This document shows, piece after piece, positions 37,043 through 49,000 of a stretch of 64,000 nucleotides of DNA (its first letter is position 1; every line of letters begins with the position of its first letter). The stretch covers positions 19,100,848-19,164,847 of the forward strand of contig CM120643.1 in assembly GCA_051362555.1 (NCBI GenBank), given 5' to 3'. This stretch comes from Lingula anatina (lineage: Eukaryota; Animalia; Brachiopoda). The position numbers and the translations under genes are program-made. The notes under the pieces were generated by a model. It made no database searches, was not told the DNA's origin, and saw only the letters and a list, made by a program, of their open reading frames with translations.

Positions 37043-40000
37043 CACTTTTTTCAGCATATATGCAGCACCGATAACACGATAAGTAGAAAACCATTTTACC
37101 TTTTGACTTGAAACTTACAGAACTGATGAATATTCAAAATACGCAGGTCAAGTTCGAAAATCAGCATGATCAGGTCACTTTTAGGGAATTTATGCTTTTT
37201 TTTCACTTTTTTCAGCATATATGCAGCACCGATAACACGATAAGTGGAAAACCATTTTACCTTTTGACTTGAAACTTACAGAACTGATGAATATTCATAA
37301 TACGCAGGTCGAGTTCGAAAATCAGCATGATTGGGTCACTTTTAGGGAATTTATGCTGTTTTTTCACTTTTTTCAGCATATATGCAGCACCGATAACACG
37401 ATAAGTAGAAAACCATTTTACCTTTTGACTTGAAACTTACAGAACTGATGAATATTCATAATACGCAGGTCAAGTTCGAAAATCAGCATGATTGGGCCAT
37501 TTTTAGGGAATTTATGCTGTTTTTTCACTATTTTCAATATAAATGCAACACTGATAACACAATATAAGAAAAACGGATTGGCCAATTGTAATTATACTCA
37601 CAGGAGTGGTCAATCTTACTAAAAACGCAGGATGAGTTCGAAAATCAGCATAATCGGGCCATTATTTTAGAAGTTATACTGTTTTTTCACATGTCTTCAG
37701 ATTCAATTATTAGGCATGTTAACAGTCTCATTATTTAACTAATAAGATGCCTAAAAGTGTTTGTTTGATATTTCCTGCATCTTTACAACATTGTTAGTTG
37801 ATTATGTAAAAAACATGGTAAACTTGTTATCATGTATTGTGTAATAAAGTGTCAAAAATGGAAATAAACTCATATCATTGCAGTTTGTCAGATTCAATCA
37901 TCCACTATGTTCAGAATCTCAGAATGGAGGAAATTGGACATTTAACACTGTTCTATTGATAGTTTTCCCATCTCATCAATTGTCTTAGTTGGTCATATAA
38001 AAATGGCAGTAAAATGTTTATTTTGTTTTATGTTAAAAAAGTGTTAAAAATGGAAAGAAACCCATTTCAGAACAGTGCTGTCTTGTTTACATTTTGGCAT
38101 TTTCAAGGTGTGACTTTGAAGTTCCATGGGCCTGAAGACCTTTGCTAGTCACATTTTCTGAATATCTGTGATACAAATATTTTATAATTAAAAATTGATG
38201 GTCATTAAGCTGTTAAACATTATGTAATATTGCATCAAAATTTGAAGAAACCCCTATTTTGGGCACTGCTTCCATGATGACCATTTAAGGAAAATCATGT
38301 CACTTACTGTTCTCAAACTTACAGGAAAGAAACCTGGGACTAAAATACAGCTTCAGTAGGCAATGCAGTCTGTTTGGTATTTTTTTTTTCTTTTTTTTTT
38401 TTTTTTGGCAGTTAAACAGTTTTTTGTGAAAATTTAATTTTTCACATATTGGCATTTACAAGGTGTGACTTTAAAGTTCCATGATCCTGAAGACTTTTGC
38501 TTGTCACATTTTCTGAATGTCCATGTTACTAATATTTTATTAATAACTTTTGATTGTCATCATGCTGTTATACATTATGTAATGTTGCATCAAAATTTGA
38601 AGAAACCCCTATTTTGGGCACTGCTCCTATGATGACCATTTAAGGGAAATCATGTCACTTACTGTTCTCAAACTTACAGGAAAGAAACATGGGTCTAACA
38701 TACAGCTTCAATAGGCAATGCAGTCTGTTTGGTAAATTTTTCTGGCAATTTAACAGTTTTTTTGTGAAAATTTAATTTTTCACTTATTTGCATCTTTATT
38801 TTGTTTTTTTGTCTGTACATTTGACAGCTTTGCTGCCTTGTTTATAACTGTAATAGTTTAATTGATATTAAAATTACTGACTCATTATCACATGCTGATA
38901 GCAGGTGAAAGAGATTTTCCACGTTGGACATCCCATTTAATATAGCTTAACAGTGAGGTTGGCACATAAACTGAATTATTGCCGTGCAAAACTACTGTTG
39001 CATACTCTCTTTCTCTGCTAAATTTTGTAGTTATTTTTCAGAATTGCAAAACTTAATTAAGTTGCTAAGTTGGAATTTAAAAAAGCCAGTGTCATTAATT
39101 TCAAGTATGATGTATTGTGCATTTTTGTGATTTCAGCCTTTTGGTCCATATTTTTTAAAATTCCAAAATACAAAAAAAGATAGAAAGTTAATAAATAAAT
39201 AAATAGATAATTTAATTATAGAAATAAAGAAAGATTATTTAGAAAGAAAGAAATTAAGAATGAAAAGAAAAAAAAAGAAAAGAAAATATACAAGTAGCCT
39301 AGTCTATTAATTATTAAAGGCAGTTAGTACTCTTGGACAAACTATTAGCAGTGAATTAGACCTTTGGAACAAGGGCACCTGATTTAGGTGGGGGCTGAGA
39401 GGTGAGTACATTATGACGGAGGTCAGAGTTTTATCACTATCTAAATATTGCATCTGTTTGGGGTGTTACAGATGATTGGTTCTGTAATACCACCTTCTAC
39501 TCTGGCTGCTGCTGAAACAATATATGTGGAGGTAGAAGAAATTTAAAACTGAAAGTGAAAGAATCAGTAGGCAAAAGCTAAGCCTGTATTGTACTGTAAG
39601 TAGAAGTAGTGTTCTGTTGTTTGAGAACAGAGTTATATTGTCTATGTATATTTGTATGTTTATTGCATACATTATTAGAGGTAATGCTTCTCAATTTCTC
39701 CTAGCACTTGATAAGAAGAATATGGTACTAGTAAATACTCATTTTCCTCCCTATTTTATGCTCCAATCACTACCCTCCATCAGTGAATTTAAGAAAGCAA
39801 TTATATGAAGGCACATTGAAACCACAGCACATTGAATTCTAGCGAAAGGAAAGAGAGAAAAGTCTGAAAGATCAGGAGATTTTTGTCTTAATCAGGAGAT
39901 CGGGAGCTATGTCCCTGAATCAGGAGACTCCCACTGAGATTGGGAGTGTTGACAGGTCTTTTGATATATTGAAAATACAGAGAAGTTATTCAGATAAGTA

Positions 40001-43000
40001 TTTATTTCTAGTTTTATTAAGGTTCTGATGTCTGAGTAAAAGAGTTATTGAATATCTCTGCCCAAGGAGTTATGAAAGTCGCTGCAATAATCATGGACTG
40101 GTCTTTATCACTGTGTGACAGTCTTTATAGATTGTGGACACTTGCTTAATTGCAATCCATAAAGTGTTGCCTTCATTACTATCTTTCATCTGATTGAAAT
40201 GTTAAATTGAACTATTCAAAGTTAAAGTTAATTTTGATATATTAATTAAAGTTAATTTTGATGTATTAATATTAATCGTTAAGTAATACACAATTATTTT
40301 ATTTTATGTTTTAGGATTGTTTTAAAAACCCCAAACAAACAAAAAAAAAAAATTATCCATCACTGTTCACATGCTTGGACTTCAACTTACTAGTAACTGT
40401 GCCAGTGGATTGTCACATGGTTGATACAGCTGACCTGCATTGTAATCTGTTTTCAATACAGAGTGTTGGAAAATCCTGTGTATTTGCCCTATTTAGTAAT
40501 ACTGTAAGTCAGTGACATGAGCACTGGTCCATCACAGCCTGGGTGCTGTTTCTGTTTTAATTTGGGGCTAGTGGATTCTTAGACCCTGTTGTCCAGTAGG
40601 ACCAATGGGTTGAAAGGGAATTTTTCACAGACTGGAAATGTGTGCTTTTGTGAAATTTCTAAAATGCTGAACTGGGCAGAATTTTGCATTGCCTGAGGGT
40701 GCTTATAAATTGACCAGTTGTTCTCCTTCTCCTCTGGTCACTTTTTTATTTGAAAAAAAAAAAAAAACAAACAGTTGCTTTATCATGATGTTTTGATTCA
40801 CCCTGTATTTTATATTAGATCCTGCATTTGGTACAACTTCCTGTTTTGTTTTTTGTCCTTGGTGTCATTTTGTCTGAAGCAGTATCTCACCTATCTGAGG
40901 GCGAAAATAAGGCAGTAGTGCAGGTAAAACGTCTTTAAGTGGTGGCCAGTGATAACAAATTACTATATTTTGAGTAGCATGTCTAAATTAATGTGGTAAA
41001 GAACAATGGTGGTTTCATTATGGAAACTGTTATTTACTCGAGTTTATTTTCCTTTAAATGGATGCAGAGCCAGGCTCTGTGTGATTCCAGCTGATTAAGG
41101 TCTTTTAATGGGAAACATCAGTCTTATTTTACCTGTGAGGAGTAATGCACATGCAGTGTCCATATACTCACTGGTGTATTATTGTTATTGTAAAAGCACA
41201 TTCACAACAGATCTAACTGACTTCATCATTCGAGATGAGTTGATTTCTTAAGATATTAAGATAGAAAGCAGGATAGAGGTTCTCATATGTGACATGTTAG
41301 TAATAGTCTACTGGTACCCATAAGTCTGAGTAGGCTCTTCATGGTTTAGTGAAAACCTGTTGAGAGAATACTGTCAATTTGAAGACTGACAGTGCCCAAA
41401 GAGGACTGATGCTTTTTTCACGAGTCAATGTGAATATACCTGAGTACGTCTTATATGTAGTTATTGATGTTTAGTTGATGTATTTAAACTATTGTAAGAG
41501 ACAGAGACACTTGCTATACACTTCTGAAGTACCTAGCTGTAGAACTGGAGTGGTGAGTACACTGTAAAACAGCTTTTAAATTAGTCTTTTGGTGCACACC
41601 CTAAGATTTCAAGGTTCTTGTTGATGTTTAGGCTGCATTCACATTGATCCACAGATTAACAGATCCATGGATTAAATATGGCTGACCCACTTGAAATTGT
41701 GCCACATAATACCCTAATAGACACTGAATAGATTCTGAGGAATTATGAGGCAAGCTTTCAAGTGGGTTGGCCATATTTAATCTGCAGATCTGTTAGTCCG
41801 CAGATCAACTGTGTTGTTTAAGTAGCCTTAGACTCAACTATCAGCATGCCTTTGTCTGTTATTTGCAGGAGTCTATACGTCTTTGAAACCCAGGTTGTCT
41901 GCAGTGAGACCTGGTAAACATAGCTGACAAAGTTACATCATTTAATTTTAAGGCAGGGTCAAGGTCTTACTTCGCAGGATATTGTGTACAGTTGTATGGA
42001 CTATTTTAATGCAAATATGAGAAACACCTGTTTCATGCGGGCATACTGTAGGTAATTTAAATGATTTAGAAGTAAACATGAAGTTTGTGTTATTGACATC
42101 TTTTCAGAAAGTTACTTCATGGTGCTTCTAACAGTGATTTAAATTTTGGATGCAGAGCTTGTTGACCACGTGCCTTGATTAGGACCATTGTTAAATTTTG
42201 ACCTGATTTAGATAATTAGTAAATCATTAAAATGATAAAACCTGTCACACAAAAATGTGAGGATGTATTTCTGTATTCAGATATGTTATTTATATTATAT
42301 ACAATTGACTCTGTGACCAGAATGTATAGATAGGCAGTATGTTATCTAGTATATATAATATATATATAATATATATGATTTGGTTATCACTGTCAGTTGG
42401 CAAGAGAGCACATGAGAGTGAACACAGGTCTGGCATTGGTGGGTATAATTTAATGTTACTGTTATAGTTATTGTTCCTGTTTCAATATTGATTGTTGTCT
42501 TATACAGTAACACTTAACCACAGCAGTTTTCAGTTCTTGGTTGAAAATTGAAGTCATTCTTTTTGTTTATTGTTTGGACCATCAAGACTAAACTAGGTCA
42601 CAGTATCTTTAGTCAGTACATTTATTTACCACTTTGCAAATTGCAGTGATTTACCATGTTTAAGCTGGTTAGTTTGTTACAGTGTTAAAGCTATAACTTG
42701 ACTGACAATTGCTATTGTTCTGCGATATATAGTTTCTGTGATATAATTGATATTTTTACATAGCTTTTTAATAGGGAGGTCAGAACACTTTTGAAAGTCA
42801 CATTGATTTCTGTCAAATTGGTGTTATCTGATAGAGCAATTCAAGAGCTTTCTAAAACATTTTATTTTTTTTTAAATCGAGCAAGCCAATCAAAAGTTAT
42901 TAAATTTACAAGAGTGCAAGTTGGCCACAAAATTCTGAAAAAGTCTTGCATGCAAGCGTATGTAACAGTGGAAGCCAAAAGTGTCACCCAATTGCCAAAT

Positions 43001-46000
43001 CAATTAAACAAAATTGGCATAACTTTTGAACGGAGTAAAATGTCGATTTGAAATTTTGAAGCCAGTTACACTATGCCAAGAGAAATATGCCAATGTATAA
43101 TTTTGTGGAATTTATCCATGATTTCCATGGCAACCATTGCTAAACTGTGATGCTTTTGGATAAAAAAGATGCTAAATAAAATGTGTCATCACTGGAAACA
43201 AAAATAATGGCTTCTATTGTATCTGTTGCTATGGAAACCGTCATTATGATAGCTGTTGCTATGGTAACAGTTTGAATAATATTTAACACATCGTGAATTT
43301 TTCAACTGAATAAGAAATGGAAGCATCTTTTGGTCACTCAATATATGAAATGAAGATGAATAATAGAAAAATACATTGGCACTGTTGCCTTGGCAACCAA
43401 TGCTACAACAGCAATAGCATACAGGATGGCGTACATTAATTTTCAACTGAATATAAATGGAAGACACTCTTTTGGTACTCAGTATATGAAAGTTATACGA
43501 GTAATAAACAAATACAAAGGCACTGTTGCCATGGCAACCAATGTTACAATGGCAATCGCAGATTTAAGTAGTATAAAATGCCAGAATACACAATGGAAAT
43601 AATATTTGATATTGGTAAGCTATTATTTTTCCAAAAATATAACCTGATTTTGGTTACCATAGCAACTAGGTAGTTAGAAACCAGTGCAATTTTTTTAAAG
43701 AGACTGCCATCACATAATGTCAGTTTCAGGAATTTTTTAATTCTTTTGTTTAAAAAACCTACCCTTGTTCACTTTAGTTTGATTGTCATTTCACCAGTCA
43801 CTAGTCATTTCCAGAGTTACTAGTTAATAAATATAATTTTATGGTAAATTATTAATAGTTTATATTAAATGTAATATTTAGTAGGTCATTGCAGAGAAGG
43901 CAGGACCAAGTTCACCAACAGGAGCACCATCCTTGGTCTTACAGTTAATCTTTGAAATTGTAGTAAATGATTGATTGTAGTGCTTGATATACAATTTTAG
44001 CTTCAGAAGAAGGCCAAGTGTACCATCCTATGTTCTTTACCCATGATCGTCCATTTGAGGAGTTCTACGTGATCTGCATCCAACTGCTTAATAAAACATG
44101 GAAGGAGATGAGAGCAACTGCCGAGGACTTTGCTAAAGTGAGTGGTGTAACAAAATAGTATTCTATACAAATTTCAGAACAGTGTGTATTTAAATCTGAA
44201 GCTCCTTATGGTAGGAAGCGCTTACTTTAAATATGACAACTGGTACAGTAACATAATTGTTATACGCAGAAGAATGAGACTGATTAAAAATTTTTAAAAA
44301 TTATATAACTTTTTAGACATCTAGGAAAGTAATAACCTGTCCAATGATCATCCAGTTGCGTAACTAATTAAGACAAAAGACCAATAGCAACAAGCCTTAA
44401 CTTCAGCCCCCTTTTTCAAATAAGAAGGGATATCAGTTGAGACCGCAGCGACGCAGCAGTACAGAGCGTCATGAAACTTTCTCGAACGTATTAATAACCA
44501 GCGAATTTTATTGCTTTCCCTCCCTCCCACCCAATGAGAATTACAATTAAAACATAGATGTTATCGTTAGGGGACAATTACAACACAGATGTAATTGTTA
44601 GTTTTCTATTACTGAACCTTCTCTGGGAATATCTTGAATAATCCGGATATTAAGATTGTGATATGTTTTGGTTTTCATTTTAAGTACTCATATACCTTAG
44701 GAAATAGTTATGTATGAATAAAGTTTTTATAAGCCCGAATCTCTGTGTTTTTTAAATCTGTTAATAGGTGATTATTGTTAAACAGAAACTAATACCTTGA
44801 AGATGTGCATCCACATCACTAATAGATTCAGAAACTTATTTTAATGAAGTACAATTTTGTGTGGTTGAATTTAGATTAAAACACTGATTTAGCAGCACTG
44901 TAATGGCTCAATCCTTTCAACCAGAAAAATTGTGAATTTTACAGAATCTGTATTTTTTTTAAGTAAAAATTTCTAAAAATTAGAACATTCCTATTGAGTG
45001 GTAGCAACACAGTTGAAAAGCAGACTACCTAATAGTTCTATACAGTAAAAGCACCAAAATGCTACATAGTTATGTTTTTTAATGATTTAAAAATTATGTA
45101 TCTGAAAATTTAAATGATGGAGCCACTGCTGTATAAAAGTTTTATAAAAATCAGACAATTTTTTTGCTAACCCTTAACTCCCCTCTTGATAGTTGAAATG
45201 ATCGAGCTATTGCTGTATAAAAGTTTCATAAAAAAATCAGTCAATTTTCTTGCTGACCCTCAAAACCCTTAAGCAACTAAAGGCCCTTAATATCATTGAA
45301 AGCAGACTAATTATCCCCCAAAGCTACTGTAGTTTTATTATCTCTATGAAATTTTATTAAAAAGAATGATAACTAACTTTCATAATTTGCCTTGAAGCTG
45401 CCTGTTAGCTGATTATGTATTGAAAAAGCTCAAGGGTGTTGATTTGACAAGATGCCAAATTGATACTATTGATTCATAAACTACAGGAGGTGTAGATTAT
45501 ACTGAGAAAATATTGTACAGTCGAAATCATTAATTAAAGATCTGATACCATGAAAATGTTCCAAGTAGAAAGCAAAGCATCAATAAGAGATACAGAAATG
45601 ATGGTATCAGTACAGTACACATGCATACGTGTATAGGGGCATGTTCCCAGTGAAACTGTTGTTCTACATAGATTTATCCAACTCTCACTGAATATAATAA
45701 GTTTTACTGAATGACACACTTCCTCAAGCTGCCTGGGGTTTACATTTCATGTTGGCTTGGCTTCGGAAAGCTTTTTAACTTACTTTTGAGAACAATCAAA
45801 TGTGCACAAAGTAACCCCCCCCCCCCCCCCCCACCCCCCCAAGCTGCTACAGGAGGCGTCTTGTTGAGTTAATTTGATTGTATTCAGCGAGATTCCCCAC
45901 GTACTTGGATTAATATACCTAAAACAGTAGTTTCATTGGGAATGCACTCTTATGTGATTGTGAGAGTAAAATGAAAACATATAGGCCAGTCAATAAACCA

Positions 46001-49000
46001 CTCAGATGGAAAAGAATAGTTGCAAAGGTTTCTCAACTGATTCAGGTCCATTGAAGGCCCAGTATAGCCCAGAAAATTTCCTTGTAAATATCCCCCCCCC
46101 CCCCCCCATGAGAAGGTATTTTTTCATCTAAAATCCAAAATGGACACCACTGAATGAGGTGACCCATCATTCAGTAGCATTTTGCATCTTGTCTGGGAAA
46201 GGAGTGGATTTTACCTGACAGTAGTCATATAGTATACTTCGTGGCAGTTTAATGAAAGAACCTCCATGGCATGTCACAAAAAAACGTGAAAAAAATGAAT
46301 AAAGATAAGATGATGAAATATATATAAGTCATGTGGGCAGTCTAAGCATATCCCAATGATACATGGCAATATAATGACTGTCTGTGGGCTAGGTGTCATT
46401 ATATAGTAAGTCATTAAAAGTGATAGTGAGAAGGCTTGTTTACATCAAGACTGATTTCAAATATCATTAGAGGACCAGAATATGTATAGATGACCAACCC
46501 ATTCTGCTTCAGAATTTTAAACTCCATATAAAGCACTCTGGCAACATCATTCATTCTAATTATGGTACAAGTTTGCCCTGATGTGAACAGAGCCATATCA
46601 AACACCAACAACACAGAACACAGCACATCAGTGACTACCACAGAAGGTTGCTAAGTAGATGTCATGTCAAAAAATAAAAAAAATTCTGAAGAGACCTAAA
46701 TTCTTTTTACCTACAAGGCATGACATTTCGACCCTTCATCAACCGGTCTTGGTCACGTGACCATTGATGTGAACATATATCTATATCATTCATAGGTTAA
46801 ACCATGTTTAGTTTCTTTAGAAATGATTTACTTTCTCACCATCATTACACAAAAGACAAAAAATCCTTTTCCACAGTGCAGGTTGAATGACAAGTTTAAT
46901 TAGTGCTTTGCTGTAGATTTTCCATTGATCCATTGAGGCATGAAAAATAGGTTAGATATGGTTCAGCAGAGGGATCATCAGTACCTGCTCATACACATAA
47001 AATGATTGTGTGTGGTTATATTTTGTACAATAATGCGATGTGTACATATACATTCTTACCTAGCAGGTAATATTTAAAGCGTACCTTTGTGGTTTATTCA
47101 GTAGAGGAATCACCAGAACCAGCTGCCTACTTAATGATTGCATTGGGTCATATTGTTTTCAATAATTTAGTACCTATATAAGTATGATATATTCTTACTA
47201 GGAGGGCAATAATTTAAGGTTCTATTCTATAGCAAGTACTTGGTGAGATTTTTAAAAAATTATCAAGCCTGCATAAAATGGCATTTTGATATGTGTATGT
47301 GGAACTGGTAAAATGTGTCTTATTTTCCAACCAAGATGTGGGCATGCTGAGTGATGTTATTCAGATAATGGTTATATACTAGTAATGGCAAAGGGCCAGC
47401 TTACCAGTACACTTAGCTGTAAGGTTACAGGCAGTTGGTGTAGTTAAAGAACTGTCAACAGATTACATTTAGAGAACTGGACCAGATTATACAAGAATCT
47501 GGTTATTATGTAGGTTCTGTATGAAATATCTATTACTAGGAATTGTGTAGATCACAGGGACTTTGGATCAAATTGATGTCATCAAGTTATCCTTGAATTA
47601 ATATAACAATACTGTAGGTAATTAGTGTAGTTAAAGAACAGATCTCATGAACACAGCGTTAGATTTATATTAATTTCTGTATGTTGGGGCAGTTTAAGAA
47701 TAGATCACTGAAGCTCTGAATCAAGTTGTCAGGACATTCATGGATGTAGTCAGGGAACATATAACAAAACCATTGAATCAGATTAATTAATTTACCATGT
47801 CACTAAATTATTATTCACATTTTAGGTACTGGGTGTAGTTAAAGAACAAATCACACGAGCATTGGACCAGAATCCGGCCACATTTGATGCATTTAGGAGC
47901 CACCTGGGCAAGCTGACATACTCTGAGATCACCCACCTGTGGCAAGAAGAGAGAAAGATGAAGGAGGAGAGAGAATCCTTCGCCAAGCCCATACAGTGAG
48001 TGGTAGTTGTGAAGCATCCTATTTTATATGGGTAAAATGCAGCATGGCAGGTCGAGCTTTGTTTGCACGTATTTGGTCTAGAGCAAGAATACAAAGGGAG
48101 AGTGGTGTAGAACCTCTATATATAGTTTTTTTTTTTTTTGCTAGATAAGAGCAGTGAGGTCTATGTGATACATGTGTACTATAAATTAGCAGGACTTGCA
48201 AATGGGTGTCACATACGTCTTGCTAACAAGTGCACTGTCATACATATGTTGTGTTTGTGTGTGCATGCAAGGTACAGCATGATCAGTACTCAATCTTAAT
48301 AATTAGTTCTCAACATACAAGTGGTACACCAGTGTGTTGGTGTACATGTATAAGAAGGGGGAAGACTTAACTGTATGGCCAGTATTTATAAGACAAAGTG
48401 CTGTTGGAAGGATGCTGATGATGTGTAAGATGCTGGCACTTGAATTATGATTTTATATGAGCATATTTTATACCTATAACATTTATAAGATATTCATGAA
48501 TCATAGTCTTTGCGCTTGCTACAAACAAAGGCAACTTTGGAGTAACTGATCATGCACACATCACTTTGGAATAATACCAACATTTGACTTGGTTATTTTA
48601 TGTTTTCAGAGAGCTACGAGAACAAATCAAACCAGAGATGATGGAGTTGATAAAGCAGCAACGTCTCAATGCACTGATGGAAGGGATGCAGTTTACAAAG
48701 TATTCTAATAAAGGACAGAGATTAAAAGGTATGCTTTTTATTACATATTATCATGATGTAATTAAGATAAGAGAGGAACATTGTAGTTCCTGATCAATTG
48801 TGCCAACAATATTGTATAAGAATATGTGGTCTTATATATTGATTTTAGGAGACTGCTACTAAATTCTTATTTTCGATAAAATTTCAGCTGTACTCTGTTG
48901 GAGTTGATTCTGAAACAAAAAATTACTCTCTTATCGATATTTTTGTATATCAGCTCCAAAGTTTCACCTGAATAGTACAAGCATGTCACCATATTGGTGC

